A stretch of 64,000 nt of DNA from Okamejei kenojei (lineage: Eukaryota). The stretch is taken from assembly GCA_035221665.1 (NCBI GenBank), contig CM069155.1, forward strand, positions 30,628,001 to 30,692,000. The letters are read 5' to 3'. The notes under the pieces were generated by a model, which worked only from the letters and a program-made list of their open reading frames with translations, was not told where the DNA came from and ran no database searches. Position 1 is the stretch's first letter. The number at the start of each line of letters is the position of its first letter. Shown here in pieces: positions 40,880-54,029 of this stretch. The position numbers and the translations under genes were made by a program.

Positions 40880-43800
40880 TATTTTACTTCGGAGTCACGT
40901 GAGTGACTACGTGAAGAGCCCACCTGGCGCTGGCAAACGGCATTACGTCGACGCTGACGGCGGAAGGAGGAGCTGCAGTAAGGAGCAGCTCCTCGCAGCG
41001 GTCGGAACGGACCCGCAGGTAAGTGGGGCAAAGTCGGGACGTTCGTTAGAGTACGCTGGGTGGGTCCAGCAGTAAAAGTAAAGTAAAATAAAAGTCAGAG
41101 TCACGTTAAAGATAATTAAACTATGTGGAACTAATAATGGAGCATATGGAGAAAGTTCTCCAAAAAATTATGAGACTAGGGTCACAGTACCCAGAAGGTT
41201 CCAAAAAAGGCCTGAGGGGCTGTTAATTATTTCTGATATGGATGTGGGTTGTGGGCCTAATTGGGAGTTGGAACTCCGGACCCAGGATTTGGGCCGAATT
41301 GGAAGTCTCATGGGGATGAAATCTCCAATTGATTTAGGGCTGCAGAAGGCAGACCCTGCTGATGGGTGATTTTGCATTGAAAGCACACCACAAAATAAAA
41401 AGAAAGGGCCAATGTGCCTGGGATTAGCTAAAGAATTTTGCTATATATGAAGGAATGGTGTGGCTATGGAAGAAAACCTGCTGCCAACATTAATATATGG
41501 TATCTCACCAACTTCATGATTCTGTGATGATTGAACATCAAACTTTCAGAAGTATAAACGCACAGGAAATTGTGCCTCATTGGAAGTGCCTACGGTTTTA
41601 TCCGTTGATATGGCATCCATGACCCCAAGATATGAGAGCTCAAAGAAGTGAGGTTCATAAATCCTCACAAATTATTCTGCTGCCATTATGGCTTTGGGGG
41701 GGAAATGGATATTAGTTTAAAAGAGGGCCTATTGTTGCAATTCTTTCTATGAAATTATTGTATGAGGAAATGGCTATTCGGCCCATATTTCACCCAAGGT
41801 TGCAAGCCTGTGTCGAGCAAGTGGTGTTCAAGCTCCTGCGTTATCTGTTTGGAGTAAATCTGCCTAAATTATTAAAAATTGGATGAAGAAGCTAAAAATA
41901 TTTAGCTGCATGAAACCTTCGTCTTAGACAAAAAAGGTATTTTTCGCCCAGAAGGGGATTTGATTTTGGAAATAGAGGCAGAAATATGTCAAGGAAATAT
42001 TTATTGTCCTGCACAGCCCAATACTTACCCGTATAGGGGAGAAGGAGACCACCACGCTCAAATGGAGAGGTATTAAAGACTTGTTCTATCCTTAAAGAAA
42101 CTGCGGATAAATCTCCAGTATGGAGGGAGATTACAAAAGTTTTTTATAAAGACTGGCTTACTATTACTTCTGATCGGTTTGTTTTACAAGCATTTTCAGG
42201 AGCCACTATATACATTTAAAGAAGAGGTTAATCCTCCAGTACAGATAAACCTGCCTATGCTTTCGTGTTTACTACAAATTGAAAAGCAGAGATTAATGTG
42301 GAAATTGACAAATTATCTGAAAAGGGTTATTGAAAAATTATGAACACGAGCATCAATTGTGTCTAATATTTTCAAAAGACATAAAAAGATGGTGGTTGCA
42401 GAATTATTCTGGACTTCTTACAGATCTAAATAACAGTGGTAGATTACAAACATTTTTAAAATGGAAACATTTAATACTGCAAGATATTAATATTAGCAGG
42501 TTGTTTATGGCTACGATTGATTTGAAAAACGCCTATTATTCTGTACCAATACATCAGTTTCTGGAGGTACTTAAAAATTTAATTGGCTGGGACAATTATG
42601 GCAGTTTTAAAGCTTTGCCAAATGGATTGAGTTCAGCTCCCAGGCTCTTTACTAAACTGTTGAAAACCAGTTTTTAGCCCAATTAAGAGTACAAAAACAC
42701 ATCGTTATGGCTTATCTCGATGACATTCTAATCAATTTATGGCAATCAAGAGTCAGCTGAGAATTAGTTCAGTACAAAAGCTTTGTTAAAGCTAGGGTTC
42801 TTGATTCATCCAATTAAATCCCAGCTGCAGCCAGCACAATCAATTAACTATTGGGGTTTGAAATTAACTCAGAGACTATGTTAATACTTTACCAACAAAG
42901 ATAAAGTTGATGATTTTTGGTGACCTGTAATAATCTCATTCACAAACTTATCCTTCCATCCGAGAAGTACGAAAACTATTGGTAAAACTAGTAGCAGCGT
43001 TTCCTGCAGTAGAATTTGGTCTTTACATTATCAAAATCTTCAAAGGGACAAAATAAGAGCTCTCAAAGAGAGGGGCAGGCCACATTGATAGGCCTATGCA
43101 ATTAACAAAAGAAGCTTTGTTGGAATTACCATGGTGGGTTAAAAATGTCCCACACTAGCTGCTAAAAACATATTTTTTTTCTGATTAAACAGCCTGAAAT
43201 TGTTATAATAGATGCTTATGCTCTCGGATGAGGTGGGTAACAGATTCCTCCTCCAGTTGTGGAGGTAGATGGAAAGTCCAAGAAGAAACGTTTTCTTCAA
43301 ACTTATGGTATTAACTATTTAAAGTTATTAGGGTGCTTTCTATGGTCTAAAAGCATATTGCTGTTCAAAAAAGGGTCTACATGTATTAATACAGTTTAGA
43401 CAATAAAACGGCTGTGGCATATATTAATCACATCTTGGGGGAGTCAGATCAGTATCATGTGATTGTCTGGTCAATGAAATATGGCAATGGTGTATTGATC
43501 GCCAAATTTGGATTTCAGCAAACTACATTCCAGGTAAAGACACTGTGGTGGCAGATAAAAGATCAAGGATATTTAAAGATAACACAGAAAGCTTAATCCA
43601 GCCAATATTTAAGAATATGTAACTCAATTTGGGTTTACTACCAGAAATTGATTTGTTTGCATCAAGGCTTAATCATCAATTGCCTAAATATGTGTCTTGG
43701 GAACACGACCTCCAGATGCAGTAGCAGTAGATGCTTTTTCATTGAACTGGGGGAATATGTTCTTGTAGGCTTTTTCCCCCCACCTTTTGCTTTGGTTCAG

Positions 43801-45855
43801 CAATGTCTGAAGGAAATAGAACAAGATTCTGCCACAGAATGTTGGTAGTTCCAAATTGGCCAACACAACCTTGGTTCCCAATTAATGATTGGTTGAATAT
43901 GATTAAAGAACCATATATGTCAATTCCTAACTGTAGTGATATTTTGATTAATCCAGTAACCAAAGAAATTTATCCATTATATGCATATATGAATTTATTA
44001 ATCTGCAGGTTTTGACCAACCACTACAGGATTGTCGGCTGGGTTTGTCGATAAACTCACAAAAACAAAACTGAGGGGGATGGAACTGGTTTGTGGGCTTT
44101 GGGTTATAGTCGCATCGGGATGGGGGATGGCTGGGGGGGGGGAGAAACTGTTGCGTGCGTCGAAAGGGGTAAAGTGGGTTGGAGGGAAGGAGTGGCATGT
44201 GTTGGGTCCACAAAAACCATTTGTGTGTCATATATGAGTCCCGGGTTCTTGGGGGTCTCTTTAATATTATGGGCGGGGATGTCGGCTTGTGGCTGGGTGT
44301 GGAAATGGGAAGAATGGGGGTTGTATGTGTCTTGGGTTGCACACCTGCCTGTGGTATATCAAATAGCTTGTCGCGTCGGGGCTTTCGAGTTTATGATGTC
44401 TTTTGTTACTGTGAAATATTGCAAATGTATTGGAGTTCCTATGCTAAATTGCATTTTGAGCAACATTTAAGTTACAGTATGTGAGTGCCATTAACACTGC
44501 ACGCAGTGCCTTATCATCTTATTTAGGACTTATGTCTGACCAGAAATCAATTGGATCACATCCACTAATATCTAGATTCATGAAAGGAATCTTTAACATT
44601 AATCCACCCAAACCTAGATACACAGAGAATTTGGGATGTGAGCATTGTACTTACTTACTTAGACAGTGGACTCCAATTAAAGGATTGTCATCGGAAAGAT
44701 TAACATTCAAATTAATAATGTTAATATCATTGGTTTCAGCTCAAAGAGTGCAAACTTTACAAATGTTGCGTTTAGACTGTATGCATGTGACTACAGATAA
44801 CATTGTGTTCTATGTTTACGATCTGATCAACACAAAGCAGACCAGGAAGAACTGGAGCAAAGGTAATCTTTCAAGCTTATCCTATTGATCCTACTTTATG
44901 TGTGGTTAGACATTTGAACCAATATATAAAAGTTACCAAAACTCTTCGAGGAAATGAAATAACGTTAATGATTACGCATAAAAAAATAAAATAAATAAAT
45001 TTAAAAAAAACACACACTAAAGCTTCAGTTCAAACTATCTCAAAGTGGTTGAAACAGGTGTTACTGTTAGCAGGAGTAGACACTGATGTGTTCAAATCTC
45101 ACTCCACCAGGGCTGCAGCTACATCCGCGGCGAAGGTGCGGGACGTACCGCTCAAGCATATTTTTTAAAAATCGCAGGGTGGAGTAAAGAAGAAAACTTT
45201 TTCAAAGTTCTACTACAATAAACCTGTTCACACTATGACAAGTTTTGGCCACGCGGTGTTGGGATCACTAATAGTCACCTGCTTTGTTTACTATTGATTG
45301 CTTATAATCAGTTATGATAGTCACTTATATCTTTTATTCACTTGTAATGATCCCTCGGATATAAGGAGGGTTATTGTGATGTTCTTTAACCATTAAAAAT
45401 TAATTATGGAAAGAACTAAAATTAGTCTGGTTTCTCATGTATGTATTTACTTAGCCGGACTGTCGTACTGATTAAAATTCTACGACATAAAAAACACAGA
45501 AAGCTTTAAAATCTTCACGTAGTCACTCACGTGACTCCGAAGTAAAATAGTAAGATTAAACGAGAACTTACCAGTTCGAAGTTTGATCGTTATTTTATGA
45601 GGAGTTACGATGAGGGATTACGTGCCCTCCACTCCCACCCTCATAAAATAAATGATCATCTGGTAGTTCTAAGTCTATTATGAGCCTTACTATGTTACTT
45701 CGGCTATTTGGTGTTCTGTGTTTTTCATGCTGCTGCTTTGAAGTATGCCGTTTGCCAGCGCCAGGCGGGCTCTTCACGTAATCCCTCATGGTAACTCCTC
45801 ATAAAATAACGATCAAACTTCGAACTGGTAAGTTCTCGTTTAATCTTACTATTTT
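40880..45855 (+). mobile_element. DIRS1-like tyrosine-recombinase retrotransposon, full-length structure, ORFs disrupted as assembled
   Basis: Motifs for RT (ATIDLKNAYYSVPIH; LPNGLSSAPRLFTK; AYLDDILI), RNase H (DNKTAVAYINH), a MT-like domain (IDLFASRLNHQLPKYVSW) and YR (INTARSALS; HPLISRFMKG; HSTRAAATS). Inverted termini at 40909-40943 and 45745-45780. The ICR (45512-45624) is complementary to both outer ends. Confidence 0.93.
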
Positions 45856-46248
45856 GCCATATACGATATTTACCGAGCAGAATGTTTACATTTATGATTA
45901 CTATACACATTGCATTTCACGCGACTTTAACCTGTAATGTTGCGGAAAGCATGTTTTAAAACATTGTTAACTTCATGTCAATGTTAGCTTTAAAATAGGT
46001 CTGCCATTTTCTCATTAATTATATATCATATTTCACAGCGACATATTTCAGTTCATCGAAAAGATGGGGGCTCACTGAGGAATCCCATTCCACCGCTAAT
46101 TCCTCTGTGGCATATTCTCCCACATTCCAATCATCATCCCTCCCTCCCAGATTCTACCACTCCCCTGCAAACTGGGGGGAAATCTACAGCGGCCAGTTAA
46201 TCCTGGGGATCTGGGGGTGGGGACGCACCTGGGGGAAATCCTGTGCCT

Positions 46249-46563
46249 TCATGGGGAGAATGGGGAAAAGTCATCACCTACAGCGTGGCTAGCAGTGTTG
46301 CACGGGAGATAGACACATAAAAGCTGGAGTAACTGAGCGGGACATACAGCATCTCTGGAGAGAAGGAATGTGTGACGTTTCGCGTCGAGACCCTTCTGCA
46401 GTTGCACCGGAGTTGCTGGAGCCGCGACCCAGCGGCGCTCTTGAATGGAGCCAGAGGTTATCGCTGACCACGGAAATTCGCCAGGCGCAGCGATTAGCGT
46501 TCTAAGTGGAAGCTTTAAATTTGACTTGAACATGACACTACTTTGAATCAAAGTATCATGTTC
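46249..46563 (-). CDS. Receptor A, putative last cytoplasmic exon (no ITIM)
   Basis: Acceptor ccgtcatttttag|GAA. EHDTLIQSSVMFKSNLKLPLRTLIAAPGEFPW… crosses the deletion junction into repeat-derived sequence and stops at 46249. Confidence 0.45.
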   Translation of the reverse strand, partial: EHDTLIQSSVMFKSNLKLPLRTLIAAPGEFPWSAITSGSIQERRWVAAPATPVQLQKGLDAKRHTFLLSRDAVCPAQLLQLLCVYLPCNTASHAVGDDFSPFSP

Positions 46564-46704
46564 CTAAAAATGACGGAGAACAACTAAAACAGTAAAAGCA
46601 AACAACGATTAAACACCTTTATATTACACCGGAAAGTATATGTCGTTTGTTTGCACTAAAAACATATGGTGCGTAAAGGGACGTAAATATTGCAGTTACA
46701 CTAC

Positions 46705-46754
46705 CTCCAGTACTGTTCCAGGAGTCGAATCATTGTGCACCATTAACCGTTTTT
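46705..46754 (-). CDS. Receptor A, cytoplasmic exon 1
   Basis: ttctag|AAAAACGG…GAG|gtagtg, (E)KRLMVHNDSTPGTVLE. Differs from the paralog by an in-frame 6-bp indel. Confidence 0.65.
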
Positions 46755-47670
46755 CTAGAATTACCAAATAACCAAGCGTTATTACATGTGATATGTTAAC
46801 ATTTTTGTCAAGACTGCAAATATAATCACAAGGAACTACAGGTGCTGCTTTACACAAAATGACTCAAACTGCTGGACTAATTCAGTGGGTTAAGCAGCAT
46901 CTCTGGCGAGCACTATGAACATAGAATTATCCAATGTAACAAACTTACCCCCCCCCCCTTCTTTTCCCACACCTCCACTGTGCCCCACTTGGTTCCACGC
47001 ATATACCCCCCCCCCCCCCCCCAGTAGTACATTCCTTCCTCTGGCTTCACAATTCGCAACTCTTCAATCTGTTCTTCTCACACTTTCTATTCTAATCCCC
47101 GGCCTTTGTTCCAACTAAATATCAAACCGTGCCTCCACCTGCAAGCTTTGTCCCGCCTCCCCTCTCTTCCTGCTTCCCCCTCTCCTACAGTCAATCTGAA
47201 GAAGGGTCCCAACCCGAAACATCACCTATCTATGTTTTCCAGAGATGCTGCTTGATCCACTGCATCACGTTGTGTCTTTTTAGCAAAACATCTGATTATT
47301 TTATATATATTGCAAATATTGCAGAGGAGCGGCCGACTTGATTATTGGAGTGTAGGTAGTAAGTCCTGCGATATGAATACATACATGAATTATTATAACA
47401 GTCTGTTTTTGTATTAGTAAAATGGTGATACTGATAGAGGAAACTGAGAACTTATTTTTGTTTTTGCTACTTTGAAATCTTTGTAACAGTTACACACTTT
47501 CACGCATTTTAGGTGCCATATTTAAGCACACGATGGGCCAAATCGGGTACTCATTGCTGTGCACTTCGATGATTCATTTTCACTGTTTGAAATTGATCGC
47601 CAACAATGTCAATTTTACCTTAATAATTTGTTAACGACTCTCACATTGGCGGTGAAAGCTTAATACTCAC

Positions 47671-47772
47671 CTGTTATTTTCCAACAGTTTACCGCTATGA
47701 AAATAATGACAAATACCAGGAGGGAAATCATCCGATAAAGCCACGAATGTAGTTCTTTCCGGTAAACAGGAC
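47671..47772 (-). CDS. Receptor A, transmembrane exon (Arg at TM start)
   Basis: tttcaaag|GT…ACAG|gtgagt, 102 nt, phase 1/1. GPVYRKELHSWLYRMISLLVFVIIFIAVNCWKIT. Arg codon at 47732-47734. Confidence 0.85.
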
Positions 47773-49293
47773 CTTTGAAATAAATGTGCACATTTCATGG
47801 TTAATTTATATATATATATAAAATTATAATTGGCAAGTTTTTCTGAAAAGTAAAGGAGTAATATATACCATTGCGCTCTCGAGATGATCCACTACGCCTG
47901 CATCGTTTTGAGATCCTTTACAATATTATATATGTAATCAAACTTCAAATGCCGAGGTTTAGTCTTTTCTCGTTATATTCCGCCGAATTTCGCTTTTCGG
48001 CGGAAGTGCTTTCCATTGAAATGACTAAAGTTTATATCTTTTTTAAAGACAGCGGAAAGATGAGTTTCCTGAAGTAGAAAACTGATCAACTGATATCGCA
48101 AAACACGTTTGGCCGTCAGTGTTTAAAACTAGGAGTTCCCGTCGATGTAAAATTGGCTGCCGAAGGCGCGGAGTATTCACGTGGAACTGGAAGTTGACAA
48201 TATTTTACAATGCACTAGTTATGGTATTCAGGTGAAATGTGAATCAAAACACGTATAATTTAGCAAGATGCTTCCTGACCTGCTGAGCATTTCCAACATA
48301 TTTCAGATTTTACGCATCTGCAATATTTTGTACAAAATTATCATAGGGCAAGATCACCCGATTTGTGTCATTACTAACTTTTGCTGTTGCATTACCTTTC
48401 TTGAATAAACTGTGCAGTGACTTTCTGAAAATCAAAAATCGACTGCAACAATACGAGTAAAATCAAAATGGTTCAACTATACTATATTTTATTTTCATAG
48501 AGAATTGGAGATTCTCATCCACGATAAAGATCTCGGGTCGGGATCCATGTCAATCCAAGTTACAGACATATAGATGTGGTCTGATCTGCATTCACCAACA
48601 TCGTTAACTGTACAGAAAACAGGGCAATACAGGACTTGAACAGGCGCCTCGGCCTACAACGTATGTGCCGAACATGACACCAACTCTTATTTGCCTGCAC
48701 ATGATCCATATCCCTCCTTTCCATGCTTATCCATGTGCCTATCCAAATGCTATTATCTTATCTACCTCCGGCACAATTCCCGTCGTTCCAGGCACTCACT
48801 GCCCTCTGTAACTTTTTTTCACCGCTCACATCACCTTTAAACTTTGCCCTTTCACAAAACTACCAGAGCAGCTTTAATATTTCTGAATTCTAACACTGAT
48901 CAAAAAGATGATGCCAACTCTAATTCAATATAACTACCATAGAGACGTTGCTCACCCGTTTGTATTTATTTTGCAAATGCTGTTTCGTGTTTAAAGTTCG
49001 CCAGTACATTTCGTCCTCGACGAGACCCCGTTTTTTTGGCCCAGGTCAATCCTACCTACACCTTCCCACACTCGGGTACATTACAACGCCAAATACTGGC
49101 AATCATTAATGGTCAGGTGCAACAATCCAACTGACACCCTATTACACAAGACCCCCCCCCCCACTCAAATCCCGAGTCGCTACTGTTGCTCAGTGGCATC
49201 TCTGTCGAGTTTGTTTTGCTAGGATCAGGAACTGAAGGCTGTTGTTCAATTGATTTAATTTGAATTTAAATATGAATAATTGCATAATCCTAC

Positions 49294-49708
49294 CTGTAAC
49301 CATTAATCTGCTTCCGTTGCCGTTGAAACCCAGAGGGGATGGTGGATTCAACGCTATCAATTCACAGTAATATGTGCCGCTGTCTTCTTGCTGAAGATTA
49401 TTTATCGATAATTGGCTTCTGTATAAGTGTTGGTCCCTAGTAAATTCTAGCCCGAAGGAACGGAGTACTTTGGATTTGTTCATGTAAAATACGTAGGTCC
49501 GATTACTTGCATTGCTTGATTCACGAAACCAATTGATTATAAAGTCGTGGATTTTATCAATTAAAACGATACAGTTCAGCTCCGCTGTTCCTCCTTCAGA
49601 CACTGTGAGATGACTAGGAGTCTGGTGAACCAGCAAGTCAGTAACATGCAGTGACCAGGTAGTGCAGAAAGTCCACATATAAAAATATATAAATGTAACG
49701 ATGCTCAT
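49294..49708 (-). CDS. Receptor A, leader + VJ-type IgSF V exon (NKp30/CD28/PD-1-like, family unresolved)
   Basis: Signal-like N-terminus, then V-set hallmarks: VHQTP, EGGTAELNC, NWFR, LSINNLQQEDSGTYYC and a J-like G strand GNGSRLMVT. Phase-1 donor G|gtagga. Confidence 0.9.
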
Positions 49709-50349
49709 GTTTTCGAGACGCTAATGCGGGCAGGCACAAGGAACTGAAGATAATAGTTTACAACAAAAGACACAAAGTGCTGGAGTAACTCAGTGGGTCA
49801 AGCAACATCTCTGGAGGACAAGAGTTTGAAGCAACCGGTTACTGTTCCCCTTTCACAGTTCGGCCGGATGTGAGGTGTGCAGAACTCGGCGCTCTGCAGA
49901 GCCATGCCGCTGTTTATGGGAGCGTGTGGGTTCTGAAAATAGCTGTTGCCCAATAGAAGCAGAAACGGTAGAACCAAGTGTAATCAGAACGCCTCGCCCT
50001 CTGCGCCGAAAACCAACACCTTAACTCGAGCATTGCTGCGCTTGACATTTAAGGTGTGATTTTCTTCAAACCAGCCTACGCTGAAAATAAGAGGAGAAAA
50101 ACTAATAAGTGAAATGCGCAAAATGAATTCAGAAAAAGAAGGGCTACCAGTGATCAGCGAACAAATCTTAATTTGATCAAATCCAATTCAGTCGCAGTGT
50201 CGGAGGGAACTGCGGGTGCCGGTTTAAGCAGAAGATAGACAGAAATTGCTGGAGTAACTCAGCGGGACAGAGATGCTGCCTGTCCCGCTAAGTTACTCCA
50301 GCATTTTGTGCCTCTCTGAAGTAGTGTCCTTCTGATCCCGGTGTCCCGA

Positions 50350-51440
50350 ACATTTCCAACATATTTCAGATTTTCAACATCTGCAATATTTTGTACAAAA
50401 TTATCATAGGGCAAGATCACCCGATCTGTGCCATTACTAACTTTTGCGGTTGCATTACTTTTATTGAATAAACTGTGCAAACTTTCTGAAAATCAACCAT
50501 CGACTGCAACAATTCCAGTAAAATCAAAATGGTTCAACAATACTATTTTATTTTCATAGAGAATTGGAGATTCTCATCCACGATAAAGATCTCGTGTCGG
50601 GAACCATGTCAATCCAAGTTACAGATATATAGATGTGATCTGATCTGCATTCACCAACATCGTTAACTTTATAGAAAACAGTACAATACAGGACCTGAAC
50701 AGGCCCCTCGGCCTATGTGCCGAACATGACACCAAGGCTAACTCTTATTTACATATCCAATCCATTTCCCTCCTTTCCATGGTTATCCATGTGCCTATCC
50801 AAACATCATTTAAATGCCATTATCGTATCTGTCTCCGTCACCATTCCCGTCGTTCCAGGCACTCCCTGCCCTCGGTAACATTTTTTTTAACCGCTCTCAT
50901 CGCCTTTAAACTTTGCCCTTTCACTAAACTAACAGAGCAGCTTTGATATTTCTGAATTCTCACACTGATCAAAAAGATGATGCCAACTGGAATTCAATAT
51001 AACTATAAACGTTGCTCACCCGTTTGTATATCTACCGATCAGGTAACAATATTTAGGTTACAAAATGATGCGTCTAACCATACTCAGGCGCACAATTACA
51101 TTAACGCCAACTACCAAATTAAGTCGACGTGAAGCAGAATATTTTGAGATTATCTCCATTGATCTTCTAAACCAGTTGCAAGTCGAACATTTCCACATGT
51201 TGTTTCCATTTTTTTCTTTCCATCTCCTTCGAAGACTACATTTCTTTTTGTGGGGACATCTAATTTGCAAATGCTGCTTAGTGTTTAATGTTCACCAGTA
51301 CATTTCTCCCTCGAGGAGACCCCGTACTTTTTGGCCCAGGACAATCCTACCTACACCTTCCCACACTCGGGTAGATCGCAACGCGAATTACTGGCACTCA
51401 ATAATGATCGGGAGCAACAATCCAACTGAAACCCTATTAG
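50350..51440 (-). repeat. Orphan third copy of the receptor V-TM intron segment
   Basis: Direct repeat of 48288-49145 with an extra ~230 bp at ~51030-51260. No V exon attached; it ends at a CR1. Confidence 0.85.
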
Positions 51441-51461
51441 TCAAGCCCACCGCTTGTCCAG

Positions 51462-51725
51462 TCCTTTTATAATTTTATATGTTTCTATAAGATCCCCCCT
51501 CGTCCCTCTAAACTCCAGTGAATACAAGCCTAGTCTTTTCAATCTTTCCTCATATGACAGTCCCGTCATCGCAGGGATCAATCTCGTGAACCTACGTGAA
51601 CAATCTCGTGAACTGCCTCAATCACAAGGATGTCCTTCCTCAAATTAGGAGACCAAAACTGTACACAAACTCCAGATGTGGTCTCACCAGAGCCCTATAC
51701 AACTGCAGAAGAACCTCTTTACTCC
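51462..51725 (-). mobile_element. CR1 fragment (minus strand)
   Basis: Reverse complement of the CR1 ORF2 C-terminal region (LVRPHL…GLYSLEFRG). Confidence 0.8.
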
Positions 51726-53317
51726 TGGTTAGGTAAATTGAATGGATTAAAGGCCAATAAATCCCCAGGGCCAGATAGGCTGCATCCCAGAGTACTTAAG
51801 GTAGCCCCAGAAATAGTGGATGCATTAGTGATAATTTAGCAAAACTCTTTAGATTCTGGAGTAGTTCCTGAGGATTGGAGGGTAGCTAATGTAACCCCAC
51901 TTTTTAAAAAGGGAGGGAGAGAGAAAATGACCAGTTAGTCTAACATCGGTAGTGGGGAAACTGCTAGAGTGAGTTATTACAGATGGGATAGCAGCACATT
52001 TGGAAAGTGGTGAAATCATTGAACAAAGTCAGCATGGATTTACGAAAGGTAAATCAAGTCTGACAAATCTTATAGAATTGTTCAAGGATGTAACTAGTAG
52101 AGTGGATAAGGGAGAACCAGTGGATGTGTTATATCTGGACTTTCAGAAGGCTTTCAACAAGGTCCCACATAAGAGATTAGTATACAAACTTAAAGTACAC
52201 GGTATTTGGGGGTTCAGTATTGATGTGGATAGAGAACTGGCTGGCAGACAGGAAGCAAAGAGTAGGAGTAAACGGGTCCTTTTCAGAATGGCAGGCAGTG
52301 ACTAGTGGGGTGCCGCAAGGCTCAGTGCTGGGACCCCAGCTATTTACAATATATATTAATGATTTGGACGAGGGAATTGAATGTATCATCTCCAAGTTTG
52401 CGGATGACGTGAAGCTGGGGGGCAGTGTTAGCTGTGAGGAGGATGCTAGGAGGCTGCAAGGTAACTTGGATAGGCTGGGTGAGTGGGCAAATGAATGGCA
52501 GATGCAGTATAATGTGGGTAAATGTGAGGTTATCCACTTTGGTGGCAAAAACAGAAAAGTAGACTATTATCTGAATGGTGGCCGATTAGGAAAAGGGGAA
52601 ATGCAACGAGACCTGGGTGTCATGGTACACCAGTCATTGAAAGTAGGCATGCAGGTGCAGCAGGCAGTGAAGAAAGCGAATGGTATGTTAGCATTCATAG
52701 CGAAATGATTTGAGTATAGGAGCAGGGAGGTTCTACTGCAGTTGTACAGGGACTTGGTGAGGCCACACCTGGAGTATTGCGTACAGTTTTGGTCTCCAAA
52801 TCTGAGGAAGGACATTCTTGCCATAGAGGGAGTACAGAGAAGGTTCACCAGACTGATTCCTGGGATGGCAGGACTTTCATATGAAGAAAGACTGGATAGA
52901 CTCGGCTTGTACTCGCTGGAATTTAGGAGATTGAGGGGGGATCTTATACAGATTTACAAAATTCTTAAGGGGTTGGACAGGCTAGATGCAGGAAGATTGT
53001 TCCCGATGTTGGGGAAGTCCAGAACAAGGGGTCACAGTTTAAGGATAAGGGGGAAATCTTTTAGGACCGGGATGAGAAATACATTTTTCACACAGAGAGT
53101 GGCGAGTCTCTGGAATTCTCTGCCACAGAAGGTAGTTGAGGCCAGTTCATTGGCTATATTTAAGAGGGAGATGTGGCCCTTGTGGCTAGAGGGAGAGAAG
53201 GCAGGTACGGGATACTGAGTTGGATGATCAGCCATGATCATATTCAATGTCGGTGCAGGCTCGAAGGGCCGAATGGCCTACGCCTCCATCTAGTTTCTAT
53301 GTTTCTATGTTTCTATG
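51726..53317 (+). mobile_element. CR1 LINE 3' half
   Basis: KSPGPD, SQHGF, YLDFQKAF, VPQGSVLGP, FADD, PHLEYCVQFWSP. Contains stops and frameshifts and ends in a (TTTCTATG)n tail. Confidence 0.95.
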
Positions 53318-54029
53318 GTTCACAGTTCACACTTGCTAGAGTTGCTCCTAATTCCTTCTTCCAAATCATTAATATATATGGTAAACAGTTGCAACACCGG
53401 GATCAGAAGGACACTACTTCAGAGAGGCACAAAATGCTGGAGTAACTCAGCGGGACAGGCAGCATCTCTGTCCCGCTGAGTTACTCCAGCAGTTTCTGTC
53501 TATCTTCTGCTTAAACCAGCACCTGCAGTTCCCTCCGACACTGCGACTGAATTGGATTTGATCAAATTAAGATTTGTTCGCTGATCACTGGTAGCCCTTC
53601 TTTTTCTGAATTCATTTTGCGCATTTCACTTATTAGTTGTTCTACTCTTATTTTCAGCGTAGGCTGGTTTGAAGAAAATCACACCTTAAATGTCAAGCGC
53701 AGCAATGCTCGAGTTAAGGTGTTGGTTTTCGGCGCAGAGGGCGAGGCGTTCTGATTACACTTGGTTCTACCGTTTCTGCTTCTATTGGGCAACAGCTATT
53801 TTCAGAACCCACACGCTCCCATAAACAGCGGCATGGCTCTGCAGAGCGCCGAGTTCTGCACACCTCACATCCGGCCGAACTGTGAAAGGGGAGCAGTAAC
53901 CGGTTGCTTCAAACTCTTGTCCTCCAGAGATGTTGCTTGACCCACTGAGTTACTCCAGCACTTTGTGTCTTTTGTTGTAAACTATTATCTTCAGTTCCTT
54001 GTGTCTGCCCGCATTAGCGTCTCGAAAAC

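Larger units (their letters stand above)
39600..50344. repeat. Left arm of a large inverted duplication (partner 53394-~60680)
   Basis: Reverse-complement matches such as 40600-40860 to 59345-59600, 45860-46450 to 58740-59330 and 48540-50344 to 53394-55200. Interrupted by the DIRS element. The outer limit is approximate because the sequence is noisy. Confidence 0.9.
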
